Below, one piece after another: positions 12,666 to 23,133 of a stretch of DNA of 64,000 nucleotides; the stretch's first letter is position 1; every line of letters starts with the position of its first letter. A model generated the notes under the pieces. That model did not search any database. It saw nothing but the letters and a program-made list of their open reading frames with translations, and was not told the origin of the DNA. Made by a program: the position numbers and the translations under genes. The DNA is taken from positions 32,001 through 96,000 of the forward strand of contig JAXHLW010000012.1 in the NCBI GenBank assembly GCA_034521815.1. The letters are read 5' to 3'. This stretch comes from Trueperaceae bacterium (GTDB taxonomy: Bacteria > Deinococcota > Deinococci > Deinococcales > Trueperaceae).

Positions 12666-13342
12666 GCGGAACGGCCTGCGGTCACGAAGCGCGAGACCTC
12701 CTCGAGCGGCCTCTTGTCGATGCGCGGCACGGTGGCGTCGCGGGCCGGGAGGCCGGCCACCACCAGCAGGAACGCCTGCTCGTTGGCGGGTCGCTCCAGG
12801 ATGTCGCGCAGGAAGCTCATCGGGCTGGGCGTGTGCGTCAGCGTCGCGAGTCCGGCGTGGTGCAGCGCCGCCAGCAGGAACCCGGTCGCGATGCCGACGG
12901 ACTCCTTGACGTAGTAGTGCTTCTCGGTCGAGCCGTCTTCGCGGAGGCCGTGCGTTCGCGCGAACACGGCGATCAGCCACGGCGCGGTCTCGAGGAACGG
13001 CTTGTTCGCGTCGGTGCCGAACGGCTGCAGCGCCTCGAGCCAGTCGGTCGGGGCGCGTCCGCCGTAGAAGGCACGCTCCTCGGCCTCGGCGGCCGCGCGA
13101 ATCTGGCGCTTCACGCCGGCGTCGGCGACCGCGACGAACGTCCACGGCTGCATGTTGGCCCCGTTGGGCGCCCGTCCTGCGGTTCGGATCGCGCTTTCGA
13201 TCACGGCGCGCGACACGGGCGTCTCGGCGAACTGCCGCACGGTCCGGCGGCTTCGCATCGTCGCCTCGAACGCCTCGATACGCCGCAGGCGCTCGGCGTC
13301 GTCGAGCTCCGGGTAGCCGGGCAGGGGATCGTGGATCGCCAT
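12662..13342 (-). CDS. Nitroreductase superfamily, iodotyrosine-deiodinase-like
   Basis: RRTVRQF, APNGANMQPW, EAEERAFY, GTDANKPFLETAP, YYVKESVGIA, LTHTP. Confidence 0.85.
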   Translation of the reverse strand: MAIHDPLPGYPELDDAERLRRIEAFEATMRSRRTVRQFAETPVSRAVIESAIRTAGRAPNGANMQPWTFVAVADAGVKRQIRAAAEAEERAFYGGRAPTDWLEALQPFGTDANKPFLETAPWLIAVFARTHGLREDGSTEKHYYVKESVGIATGFLLAALHHAGLATLTHTPSPMSFLRDILERPANEQAFLLVVAGLPARDATVPRIDKRPLEEVSRFVTAGRSA

Positions 13343-13401
13343 GGCGCATTCCATCACGGCGGCATGCCGGCCGCGGGACGGGCCGGCCGCGAAGCCGCGA
13401 C

Positions 13402-13947
13402 TCAGAGCAGCAGCGCGCCGATCGCCGCGTTCAGCACGAAGGAGGCCAGCGCGGCCAGCAACAGCACGCCCCACGTCTGTCCGCCGGGCGCCAGGTTCAT
13501 GCTGGACTGCGTCGCGAGGTACGCGAAGTACACGTTCAGGGCGATCCCCGCGATGGCGACGAGCGGGATCAGCAGCACGCCTATCAGGGTGAGGATCAGG
13601 ATCAGCGTGACGATGGAGATCAGGACCGAGAGCGGCGCCCAGAACAGCGCGAAGCTGTACGCCACCTCGTCCAGGGTGCCCGTGCCGCCACGGCGACTGC
13701 CGAGCCAGTGCACGATGTAGGTGAAGACCAGGAACCCCAGAATCGTGAACAGGATGTTGGCGATGAAGCCGCCGATGCCGTCGGTCAGGCCGAACAGGCC
13801 GGTGATGGCGCCGGCGAGCGCGACGTAGGCGATCGCGTCGCGAAGCGTGCCGGATTTCTCGTGTCGCTCGAACGCCGCGACGCTGCGGCTGGCGAGAACG
13901 TCGCGGCTTTGCGTGAACATGTCCGTGATCGAGCTGCTTGCTGCCAT
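13402..13947 (-). CDS. Yip1-domain membrane protein
   Basis: Five hydrophobic helices, GGTGT..EVAYSFALFWAP. Confidence 0.65.
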   Translation of the reverse strand: MAASSSITDMFTQSRDVLASRSVAAFERHEKSGTLRDAIAYVALAGAITGLFGLTDGIGGFIANILFTILGFLVFTYIVHWLGSRRGGTGTLDEVAYSFALFWAPLSVLISIVTLILILTLIGVLLIPLVAIAGIALNVYFAYLATQSSMNLAPGGQTWGVLLLAALASFVLNAAIGALLL

Positions 13948-14016
13948 GGTGACCCCCTCGAGTCGTGCTCGCACCACCCTAGCGTGCGGACGGGGGTGGC
14001 GGGTCCAGGGGGCTCG

Positions 14017-14643
14017 TCACGCACGCTCGGACCTGGCTGTCGTTCGGTCGGCCAGCTGCCGTAGCCCGGCGTCGGTCGCGTCGACGAGGACCGCGAACGA
14101 CGTTTCGCGGTCGATCGGCATGGCGAAGCCGCCTTCCTGCTCCAACGCGACGAACCCGTGCAGCGCGCTCCTGAGGTAGCGGGTCGCGTGCAGCGCGTCC
14201 TCGCCGTCGAGCCCGTAGCCGCGCAGAACGGCGAGGACGGTGTCGACGACGCGACGGGCCGCCGTGGCCAGCCGGTCGTCTTCGTACCGGCCGGCGAGGG
14301 TGAGGGCGTACAGGCCGGGCTGCTCGCGGCCGAACGCGCGGTACGCCTGGGCGACGGCTGCGAGCGCGTCGCGACCCGAGCGGCCGGTGGCGGCCCGTTG
14401 CAGGACGTCGCCGAGCCGCTCCACGCCGCGCAGCCGGACGGCACGGCGGAGTCCGTCGAGCCCGGCGACGTGGTGGTACAGCGACGGCGTGCGCACGCCG
14501 AGCTCCCGGGCGACGGCCGCGAGGCTCAGCCCGTCGGCACCCCGCTCGTCGAGCAGCGCGACGGCCGTATCGACCACGCGCTGGAGGGTGAGCCGGCCCG
14601 TCGTTCCGCCTTCGCGCGGCGGTCGATCGTCAGCGCGTGGCAC
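14017..14643 (-). CDS. TetR-family regulator with WHG-type C-terminal domain
   Basis: LSLAAVARELGVRTPSLYHHV HTH; AYRAF..PGLY; RSALHGFVALE. Confidence 0.88.
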   Translation of the reverse strand: MPRADDRPPREGGTTGRLTLQRVVDTAVALLDERGADGLSLAAVARELGVRTPSLYHHVAGLDGLRRAVRLRGVERLGDVLQRAATGRSGRDALAAVAQAYRAFGREQPGLYALTLAGRYEDDRLATAARRVVDTVLAVLRGYGLDGEDALHATRYLRSALHGFVALEQEGGFAMPIDRETSFAVLVDATDAGLRQLADRTTARSERA

Positions 14644-15552
14644 GGGACTCGGGGACGTGCACGTCGCTGACGTGAGGGTCGTTGACGTGAGGGTCGGTGA
14701 CGTGGGCGTCGGAGACGAAGCGCACGATCCGCGCTGCCGTGGCGTCGGGCAACTCGACGTGCGGGTAGTGGCCAGCGCCGTCGATCATGGCGATCTCGGC
14801 GGAGGACGCGCTGGTCAGGGCAGCGGCGATGTCGCGCGCCTCCTCGGCCGGGTCGGGAAAGTCGGGATCGGCGCTGCCCATCACGACGAGCGCGGGAGCG
14901 CGCACGGCTGGAAGTCGCGCCTCGATCGCGGCGTCGCTTCGGAACATCATGGCGCGCAGCGCCTCGAACCGGCCCGGCTCCGCGAGGTTGGTGAGGATCG
15001 CGCGGCGGTGCGCAGCGTGATCGGCGGGCTTCTCGGTCGGGTAGAGCGTGTCGTAGAACCAGCCCCAGGCGCGGACCTTCCACGGGCCGGTGCTCATCAG
15101 GCGCAACGTGGTGCGCATCAGCGGCGACATCGGGTGATCGCGGACGAACGGCCCGATCAGGACGAGCCCCGCCACCAGGTCGGGTCGTTCGGCGGCGGCC
15201 CATACGGCGGGAGCGGCGCCGAACGAGTTGCCGATCACGACCGCAGGACCGGCGTTCAACGTGTCCAGCAAGGCGACGAGGTCGTGGCCGGCGGCTTCGG
15301 AGCCGTAGTCGGGCCAGTCGGTGCTGGATCCCCGTGACCGCGCAGGTCGACCGTGACGGTTCGGTAGCCGGCGGCGAGAAGCTCGGGAGCGAGGAAGCGG
15401 TACTGCTGGCGCAGGTCGCCGAGCCCGGGAAGCATCACGACCGCGGGGCCCTCGCCGACGTCGTCGTACGCGAGTCGTCCGTCGGGTCGTTCCAGGTGGC
15501 GGGTCGTGACGGTCGAAGGTCGGGGGTGGGTGGCGGCCGGTACGGATGGCAT
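14630..15552 (-). CDS. Alpha/beta hydrolase (frameshift near 15328)
   Basis: VMLPGLGD, DLRGHG, GNSFGA nucleophile elbow, GAGHYPH; RBS AAGGAGG. Confidence 0.85.
14652..14711. repeat. 15-bp tandem repeat x4 encoding (S/T/N)DxHV units
   Basis: gggacgtgcacgtcg/ctgacgtgagggtcg/ttgacgtgagggtcg/gtgacgtgggcgtcg. Confidence 0.85.
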
Positions 15553-15567
15553 GGAATCCTCCTTGAA

Positions 15568-15601
15568 CTACGGATATTAGGCTATACCCTAAAGACCATA
15601 G
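15568..15601. promoter_or_regulatory. Two CTA-N7-TAG boxes, candidate TetR operators
   Basis: ctacggatattag 15568-15580 and ctaaagaccatag 15589-15601 in an AT-rich patch upstream of the hydrolase-tetR operon. Confidence 0.5.
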
Positions 15602-15789
15602 AATCAACCCTACGTCCGGCCCCAGCCTCTTCGCCCCATCGCCGCCACCGGACGTCCGTGCCATGGTGGGCCACGCCGCGCCCTCCCGCCACGGCAGCCC
15701 GGACATTCGTTCCTAGCGAGATCCCGCCTTCTTTGGTGCGATGGGTCGTCTGCCGCGGCAGCTCCCTTCGCCCGGCGGGAAGGGGCGAC

Positions 15790-16428
15790 ATGCCCGAAGA
15801 CCTCCAGGCCCTCATCGATCACCTCCAGCGGGACGCCGTCGAAGAAGGGCAGCGCCGCGCGCACGCCATCGTCGCCGAGGCCCAGGCGACGGCCGACGCC
15901 AAGCTGCGCGCCGCCGAGGCCGAGGCCGCCCGCATCGTGCGCGACGCCGAGCGCGACGCCGAGGTCTTCACCGAGCGAAGCACCGTCGCCCTGGAGCAGG
16001 CCGGCCGCGATCTGCTGATCACCGTCCGGCAGGCGATCGACGAGCTGCTCTCCGGGCTGATCGACGCCTCGCTGGACGAGGCGCTGCGGCCGGAGCTGCT
16101 GGCCGAGATGCTGGTCAAGATGGCGGACGCGTACACCTCGCACGGCGGACGGGAACGCCGCATGGCGGTGCTGCTGAACGAGGACGACCTCGGCGCGCTC
16201 ACGCGACTCTACGTGCAGCGCTACCGCGAGCGCATGGCGCAGGGCGTCGAGCTGCGGCTGGACGCCGACGTTCGCAAGGGGTTCCGAGTTCAGATGGTCG
16301 ACGAGCACGTGACGCACGACCTGACGATCGACGCGATCGCCGAGGAGCTGGGTCGCTACCTGCGGCCCCGCCTCGCCGAGATGCTGCCGCGGGCCGCCGT
16401 CACCCTGACGCGCGACGGGGACCGCTGA
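15790..16428 (+). CDS. V/A-type ATPase subunit E
   Basis: LQALIDHLQRDAVEEG..A coiled coil, LEQAGRDLLI, GFRV, YLRPRL; first gene of the operon. Confidence 0.85.
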   Translation: MPEDLQALIDHLQRDAVEEGQRRAHAIVAEAQATADAKLRAAEAEAARIVRDAERDAEVFTERSTVALEQAGRDLLITVRQAIDELLSGLIDASLDEALRPELLAEMLVKMADAYTSHGGRERRMAVLLNEDDLGALTRLYVQRYRERMAQGVELRLDADVRKGFRVQMVDEHVTHDLTIDAIAEELGRYLRPRLAEMLPRAAVTLTRDGDR

Positions 16429-17093
16429 TGCTGCCGTACCTTCTGGCCAGCGTTCCAGCGCCCCGCCTGGGCAAGCGGCCCGAGGTCGGCGTGGCCGACG
16501 TCGCGGCGACCTGCAGGCGCTTCCTGAGCGAGCCGCGTGCCCGCGAGCTGGCCGACGCGCTGGGAGCAGAAGGCGAGCCCGAGGAGCCGGACGATCGCTC
16601 CGGTGTTGGGGACCTGGGCGCCGTGGCGCGGGCCTGGGCCGACCTGTCCGCGCAGGTCGACGACGCGGTGGTCCGCGTCCGCTGCGCCCGCGACCATCGG
16701 GATCCAACCCCGCATCTCCAACATCCCGCCGGCTTCCGGGTCGACATCGTGACGGCCGTCGCAGCCGCGTTCGAGGCGCCCCACCCGAGCGCGCGCGAGC
16801 GTCGGCTGGACGATCTGCGCTGGCGCCTGGCCGACGAGCTGGCCGCGACGTCCCCCGCCGGGTTCGAGGCGCTGTACGCCCGCGCCGTGCAGCTGCGGCT
16901 GGCGTGGAGGCGGGAGGCCTGGGACGCCGACGCCGGCTGGCGCGTGCTCGAAGCGAGCCTGCGAACGGTCGAGGACGCGGCCAGCGGACCGTCCGCCGGC
17001 ACCGCCGACCCCAGCGCCGCGTCGGTCGCGGCCCCTGGTCCCCGTCGTGGCGCGACCCTCGGCGCCGCCGAAGGGGGCGACGGCGATGGCTGA
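16428..17093 (+). CDS. DUF2764-like V-ATPase subunit (C-like)
   Basis: YLLASVP, ERRLDDLRW, FEALYA..LRL; lies between E and A with a TGATG overlap. Confidence 0.75.
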   Translation: MLPYLLASVPAPRLGKRPEVGVADVAATCRRFLSEPRARELADALGAEGEPEEPDDRSGVGDLGAVARAWADLSAQVDDAVVRVRCARDHRDPTPHLQHPAGFRVDIVTAVAAAFEAPHPSARERRLDDLRWRLADELAATSPAGFEALYARAVQLRLAWRREAWDADAGWRVLEASLRTVEDAASGPSAGTADPSAASVAAPGPRRGATLGAAEGGDGDG

Positions 17094-18883
17094 CGCCGGG
17101 ACCGGCGGAGGGACCGGCGCGTCGGGGACCGACGCGGGGGCCAACGTCGGGCGCATCGTGGCGGTGAGCGGACCGCTGATCACCGCCGTGTTCGACAGGC
17201 CCGTGGTGCAGAACGAGGTGGGCTACGCCCTGATCGACGATCTGCGGCTCAAGGCCGAGCTGATCCGGGTCCGGGGCGTCTACGCCGACCTGCAGGTGTT
17301 CGAGGACACGACCGGGCTGTACGTCGGCGGGCAGGTGGCGTTCACCGGCGAGATGCTGTCCGCCGAGCTGGGTCCCGGCCTGCTGGGTCAGGTCGTCGAC
17401 GGCCTCCAGAACCCGCTGGTCGACCTGGCCGAGGCCAGCGGCTACTTCCTGCCGCGCGGCAGCTACCTGGCGCCGCTGGACCGGGAGCGCCGCTGGCCGT
17501 TCACGCCGCAGGTGCGGCCCGGCGACGAGGTGCGCGCCGGCGACACGCTGGGCACCGTTCCCGAGGGTCAGATCGCGCACCGCATCATGGTCCCGTTCGG
17601 CTGGGCCGGGCGCTGGAGCGTACGGGAGATCGCCGCGGAGGGCGACGGCGCGCCTGGACGAGCCGGTCGCCACGCTCGAGGACCGACGCGGCCACGCGCG
17701 CGAGGTGACGATGGTGCAGCGCTGGCCGGTCAAGGTGCCGATCCGCGCCTACGCCCAGCGGCTACGCCCCACCGAGCCGCTGGTCACCAAGATCCGGATC
17801 GTGGACACGCTCTTCCCGGTCGCGCGGGGCGGGACGTTCTGCGTTCCCGGGCCGTTCGGTGCCGGCAAGACGGTGCTGCAGCAGCTGATGAGCCGCCACG
17901 CCGAGGTGGACGTGGTGGTCGTCGCCGCCTGCGGCGAGCGGGCCGGCGAGGTGGTCGAGACGCTGCGCGAGTTTCCCGAGCTGATCGACCCCCGCACCGG
18001 ACGCAGCCTGATGGAGCGCACCGTGATCGTGTGCAACACCAGCTCCATGCCGGTCGCGGCGCGCGAGGCCAGCGTCTACACCGCCGTCACGGTCGCCGAG
18101 TACTACCGGCAGATGGGGCTGGACGTGCTGCTGCTGGCCGACTCGACCAGCCGCTGGGCGCAGGCGCTGCGCGAGGTGTCGGGACGCCTGGAGGAGATCC
18201 CCGGCGAGGAGGCGTTCCCGGCCTACCTCGAGTCGGTCGTCGCCGCGTTCTACGAAAGGGCCGGCCTGGTGCGGCTGGGCGACGGCTCGTCGGGCTCGGT
18301 CACGATCGGCGGCACCGTCAGCCCGGCCGGCGGCAACCTGGAGGAGCCGGTCACCCAAGCGACGCTCAAGGTCGCCGGCGCGTTCCACGGCCTCTCGCGC
18401 GAGCGTTCCGACGCCCGCCGCTACCCGGCCATCGACCCGCTCGAGAGCTGGAGCCACTACCCCGGCGTGGTGGACGAGCGCGACGTGATCTACGCCCGCG
18501 CGCTGCTGCACGAGGGCGCCGACGTGGCGCAGATGATGAAGGTCGTCGGCGAGGAGGGCACCACCCTGGACGACTTCGTCCGCTACCTCCAGGCGGAGTA
18601 CCTCGACGCCGCCTACCTTCAGCAGGACGCGTTCGATCCGGTCGACGCCGCCAGCGGCGCGGAGCGCCAAGCGACCGTGTTCGGCGAGCTGGTGACGCTG
18701 CTCCGCACCCCCCTGCGACTGTCCGGCAAGGACGCCGCCCGCCGCGTGTTCCAGCAGCTGGGCCAGGCGACGAAGGACTGGAACCGCTGCGCCTGGGGCA
18801 CGCCCGAGTTCGATGCCGGCCGCGACCGGCTGCGCGGCCTGCTCGAAGAGGTGCGGGCCGTGGAGGCGCGGGCCGATGCGTAA
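17086..18883 (+). CDS. V/A-type ATPase subunit A (extra G near 17648)
   Basis: [21 protein letters not shown] Walker [34 protein letters not shown]. Confidence 0.95.
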
Positions 18884-20174
18884 GGTCTACACCCGACTCG
18901 AGCGCATCGCCGGCCACGTCGTCGCCGTCGAGGCGGGCGACGCGACGTACCGGGAGCTGGCGCGCCTCGACTGGCCGGGCGGCACCTCGCTGGCGCAGGT
19001 GGTGCGCCTGGAGGGCGGTCGCGCCTTCCTGCAGGTGTTCGCCGGCACCCGCGGCCTGCCGACCGACGCCAGCGTGCGGTTCCTGGGCGGGCCCATGCAG
19101 GTCGCGGCGTCGGACGCGGTGCTGGGGCGGGTGTTCGACGGCGCTGGGCGTCCCCGCGACGGTGGTCCCGCCCTGGACGAGGAGGTCGTCGACCTGGCCG
19201 GCCCGTCGGTGAACCCGGCCAAGCGGATCATCCCGCGCACCATGGTCCGCACCGGCATCCCGATGATCGACGTGTTCAACACGCTGGTCGAGAGCCAGAA
19301 GCTGCCGATCTTCTCGGTGCCGGGCGAGCCGTACCTGCCGCTGCTGGCGCGCCTGGCGCTGCAAGCCGAGGTCGACGTGATCGTGCTGGGCGGGATGGGC
19401 CTCAAGCACGACGACTACCTCTACTTCCGCGACACCTTGGAGGACGCCGGCGCGCTGGCGCGGACCGTCGCGTTCATCCACACCGCGGCCGACCCCACCG
19501 TCGAGTGCCTGCTGGTCCCCGACATGACGCTGGCCGTGGCCGAGCGGTTCGCGCTGCAGGGGCGGCGGGTGCTGGTGCTGCTCTCCGACATGACGAACTT
19601 CGCCGACGCGCTCAAGGAGGTGGCCATCACGATGGAGCAGATCCCCTCCAACCGCGGCTACCCCGGCGACCTGTACAGCCAGCTCGCGGCGCGCTACGAG
19701 AAGGCGGTCGACTTCGACGACGCCGGATCGATCACGATCCTGGCGGTCACGACGATGCCGGGCGACGACGTGACGCACCCGGTGCCCGACAACACCGGCT
19801 ACATCACCGAGGGGCAGCTCTACCTGCGGGGCGGCCGGATCGATCCGTTCGGCAGCCTCAGCCGGCTCAAGCAGCTCGTGAACGGCTCGACCCGCGAGGA
19901 CCACCGGCCGCTGATGAACGCGATGATCCAGCTGTACGCCGACTACCGCGAGACGCTCGAGAAGCGCGCGATGGGCTTCCGCATGAGCGAGTGGGACGCG
20001 CAGCTGCTGCGCTACGGCCAGGGGTTCGAGGCGCGGCTGATGGACCTCGCCGTCGACATGCCGCTCGAGCAGGCGCTCGACGTCGGCTGGACGCTTCTCG
20101 CCGAGTGCTTCGAGCCCAGCCAGACCGGGCTCACCACCGACCTCCTGGCGCGCCGCTGGCCGGGGACGCCGTGA
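18876..20174 (+). CDS. V/A-type ATPase subunit B
   Basis: [55 protein letters not shown]. Confidence 0.95.
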   Translation: MRKVYTRLERIAGHVVAVEAGDATYRELARLDWPGGTSLAQVVRLEGGRAFLQVFAGTRGLPTDASVRFLGGPMQVAASDAVLGRVFDGAGRPRDGGPALDEEVVDLAGPSVNPAKRIIPRTMVRTGIPMIDVFNTLVESQKLPIFSVPGEPYLPLLARLALQAEVDVIVLGGMGLKHDDYLYFRDTLEDAGALARTVAFIHTAADPTVECLLVPDMTLAVAERFALQGRRVLVLLSDMTNFADALKEVAITMEQIPSNRGYPGDLYSQLAARYEKAVDFDDAGSITILAVTTMPGDDVTHPVPDNTGYITEGQLYLRGGRIDPFGSLSRLKQLVNGSTREDHRPLMNAMIQLYADYRETLEKRAMGFRMSEWDAQLLRYGQGFEARLMDLAVDMPLEQALDVGWTLLAECFEPSQTGLTTDLLARRWPGTP

Positions 20175-20776
20175 GCCGGGTCTCGGCCAGCAAGCACGAG
20201 CTCAAGCGGCAACGCGACGCGCTGGCCCGGTACGAGCGGTACCTTCCGACGTTGCGTCTCAAGCAGCGGCAGCTGCAGGCCGAGCTGCGCCGCGCCGAGT
20301 CGGCCGTGAGCGAAGCCGCCGAGGAGGAGGCCCGACTCCGTCGCGACCTGAGCGCCTGGATCGAGCTGTGGACCGAGCCGCTGGACCTGGACGCGCACCT
20401 GACCCTGCAGGAGGTCCGCAGGGGCGAGACCAGCGTCGCGGGCGTGACCCTCCCGACGCTGGAGGGGGTGCGCTGGACGCGCAGGCCGCCGTCGCCGACG
20501 GACACCTCGCCGTGGGTCGACGACGCGGTGGCGGTGTTCGAGCGTCTCGCCGAGCTGCGCTTGCGGCGGGAGGTCCTGGCGGAGCAGCGCAGCCGCCTGG
20601 CCGACGAGCTGCGCTTCACCCGTCAACGCGTCAACCTGTTCGAGAAGGTCAAGATCCCTGAAGCCCAGGAGGCGCTCCGCTTCATCCGCATCGCGCTCGG
20701 CGACCAGCAGACGGCCGCCGTGGTGCGCGCCAAGATCGCCAAGGCGAAGAGCGTCGAGCGCGAGGCGTCGGCATGA
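20171..20776 (+). CDS. V/A-type ATPase subunit D
   Basis: [35 protein letters not shown] overlap. Confidence 0.92.
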   Translation: MSRVSASKHELKRQRDALARYERYLPTLRLKQRQLQAELRRAESAVSEAAEEEARLRRDLSAWIELWTEPLDLDAHLTLQEVRRGETSVAGVTLPTLEGVRWTRRPPSPTDTSPWVDDAVAVFERLAELRLRREVLAEQRSRLADELRFTRQRVNLFEKVKIPEAQEALRFIRIALGDQQTAAVVRAKIAKAKSVEREASA

Positions 20777-22662
20777 TCGTGCCGATGAAGGAGGTCACGA
20801 TCGTCGCGCCGCGCAGCGACCAGAACGAGACGCTGAAGCGGCTGCTGGACGCGGGCGTGGTCCACGTCGCCGAGACCAAGGCGCCCCAGGACGGCCCGGC
20901 CGGCGAGCTTCGCCACCGCATCGACGTCGCTCGGCACGCCGCGAGCGTGCTGGATCACGCGCGCGACGACGCGCCACGCGGGCCTCGGGAGCCCCCTCGC
21001 GCCGGCACGCCCACGGCTCCCGAGGCGGCACGCCGTCACCCCCCGGCCGCCGAGGTCGTCGCCGAGGTCGAGCGGCTGGCCGCGCAGCTCGACGACCTGC
21101 ACGCCACCCGGACCGAGCTGGCGCACGACCTGGAGCGGCTCGAGCCGTTCGGGGCGTTCGACCCGGGCGCCGTGCGGCGGCTGCGCGACCAGGGCGTCGG
21201 CGTGCGCCTCGCACGGCCTCCGGTCGCGCGAGACCTGCCCGACGTCGAGGGCGCCCGCTGGATCACCCTGCGAAGCGACCGCAGCCGCCGCGCCGTGGCG
21301 CTGGTCGGCGAGCTGGGCGCGGTCGACGCGGCCGAGGTGCACGGCGAGGTCCAGCTGCCCAGCGAGGCGCCGCAGCGGCTGGAGGAGCGGATCGGCGAGG
21401 TGACGGACGCCCTGGAGCGGACGCGAGCGAGGCTGTCCGCGCTGGCCGAGGAACGCAGCGAGCTCCAGCGCTGGCTGGTGCGGAGCGAGGAGGCGCTGCG
21501 CACGGAGCAGGTGCGAGCGAGCATGGCGAACGTCGGCGCGGTGGCGGTGCTGCGCGGGTTCGTTCCCGAGGACGAGGTCCAGCGGGTCCGCGACCTGGCG
21601 GTCCGTCACGGCTGGGGCGTGTGGACGTCCGACGTGGCCGACCCCGACGAGGCGCCCACGCTGATCCGCAATCCGCGCTGGGTGCGTCCGATCGAGCCGC
21701 TGTTCTCGTTCCTGGGCGTGGTGCCGGCGTACGGGCACGTCGACGTGAGCGTGCCGTTCCTGGTGTTCTTCAGCCTGTTCTTCGCCATGATCGTCGGCGA
21801 CGCCGGCTACGGCCTGGTGTTCCTGGCGCTCACCGAGACGTTCGCGCGCCGGTCGGAGCGGATGCCGAAGCGCGTGATCGCGCTGTTGAGGCTTCTGTCG
21901 GTCGGCACGATCGTGTGGGGGCTGGCGACCGGCAACGTGTTCGGCATGGCGGCGCTGCCCTCGCTGCTGGCCTGGGGTCGCCTCGACTGGCTGACCGTCG
22001 AGCGGAACGTGATCGGGCTGAGCTTCGCGATCGGGGCGGTGCACCTCACCGTGGCGCACGTCTGGAACGCGCTGCGCTACCTGAACAGCGTGCGTGCGCT
22101 GGCCGAGGTCGGCTGGGTGGCGACGACCTGGACGATGTACTTCCTGGCCAGGCAGCTGGTGTTGGGCGATCCGTTCCCGCAGGCCGGCTGGATCGCGTTC
22201 GCCGTGGGACTGACGCTGATCGTGCTGTTCTCGACGCCGTGGAAGCAGCTGCGGCGCGACTGGTTCCAGCACGCGCTGTTGCCGCTCACGCTGGTGAACA
22301 ACTTCGTGGACGTCGTGTCGTACGTGCGGCTGTTCGCGGTGGGGGCGGCGACGTTCGCCGTCGCCTCGGCGTTCAACGACCTGGCGGGCGACATCGGCCT
22401 GAGCGGGCCGGTCGGAAACGTGATCGGCGGGGTGCTCGCCGCCCTGGTGCTGTTCTTCGGCCACACCCTGAACGTGCTGCTGGCCGCGATGGGCGTGCTG
22501 GTGCACGGCGTGCGGCTGAACATGCTGGAGTTCGCCGGCCACATGGGCGTCCCGTGGACGGGGCATCCGTACAGGCCGTTCGCGCACGCCGGCCCTGGTG
22601 GACGAGCGACGAATGGACAAGCGACGAACCGACAAGCAACGAGTGGGGAAGGAGACCCCTGA
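20773..22662 (+). CDS. V/A-type ATPase subunit I (a)
   Basis: MIVPMK, APTLIRN, FFAMIVGDAGYG, DVVSYVRLFAVG (essential Arg), VHGVRLNMLEF. Confidence 0.93.
   Translation: MIVPMKEVTIVAPRSDQNETLKRLLDAGVVHVAETKAPQDGPAGELRHRIDVARHAASVLDHARDDAPRGPREPPRAGTPTAPEAARRHPPAAEVVAEVERLAAQLDDLHATRTELAHDLERLEPFGAFDPGAVRRLRDQGVGVRLARPPVARDLPDVEGARWITLRSDRSRRAVALVGELGAVDAAEVHGEVQLPSEAPQRLEERIGEVTDALERTRARLSALAEERSELQRWLVRSEEALRTEQVRASMANVGAVAVLRGFVPEDEVQRVRDLAVRHGWGVWTSDVADPDEAPTLIRNPRWVRPIEPLFSFLGVVPAYGHVDVSVPFLVFFSLFFAMIVGDAGYGLVFLALTETFARRSERMPKRVIALLRLLSVGTIVWGLATGNVFGMAALPSLLAWGRLDWLTVERNVIGLSFAIGAVHLTVAHVWNALRYLNSVRALAEVGWVATTWTMYFLARQLVLGDPFPQAGWIAFAVGLTLIVLFSTPWKQLRRDWFQHALLPLTLVNNFVDVVSYVRLFAVGAATFAVASAFNDLAGDIGLSGPVGNVIGGVLAALVLFFGHTLNVLLAAMGVLVHGVRLNMLEFAGHMGVPWTGHPYRPFAHAGPGGRATNGQATNRQATSGEGDP
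22599..22643. repeat. 15-bp tandem repeat x3 at the 3' end of subunit I
   Basis: tggacgagcgacgaa/tggacaagcgacgaa/ccgacaagcaacgag. Confidence 0.8.
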
Positions 22663-23129
22663 TGGATCCCGAACTGACGCTCGCGCTCGCCAAGGTCGGA
22701 GCGGCGGCGGTGCTGGGCCTGGCCGCGGTCGGCTCCGCGATCGGGACGGGCAGCGCCGGCCTGGCGGTGGTCGGCGCCTGGAAGCGCTGCTACGCGCAGG
22801 ACAAGCCGGTCCCGTTCATCCTGGTCACCTTCGTGGGCGCGCCGCTCTCCCAGACGATCTACGGCATGATCCTGATGAACGTGATGGTCCGGGCCGCGTC
22901 CGAGCAGGCCGCCGGCGCCGGAGCGGTCGCCTGGCCCGCGGCGATCGCGGTCGGCGTGTTCGGTGGCGGCGCCATGGCCGCCTCGGCCTGGCTGCAAGGC
23001 CGGGTGGGCGCCGCGGCGGCCGACGCCCTGGGCGAGACCGGGCAGGGGTTCGGGAACTACCTGATGGCGATCGGCGTGGTCGAGACCGTCGCGCTGTTCG
23101 TGCTGGTGTTCATCCAGGCGGCGCTGTAG
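22662..23129 (+). CDS. V/A-type ATPase subunit K (4-TM c), Na+-binding signature
   Basis: GAPLSQTIYG, SAWLQG, GVVETVALF; RBS AAGGAG. Confidence 0.92.
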   Translation: MDPELTLALAKVGAAAVLGLAAVGSAIGTGSAGLAVVGAWKRCYAQDKPVPFILVTFVGAPLSQTIYGMILMNVMVRAASEQAAGAGAVAWPAAIAVGVFGGGAMAASAWLQGRVGAAAADALGETGQGFGNYLMAIGVVETVALFVLVFIQAAL

Positions 23130-23133
23130 CGTC

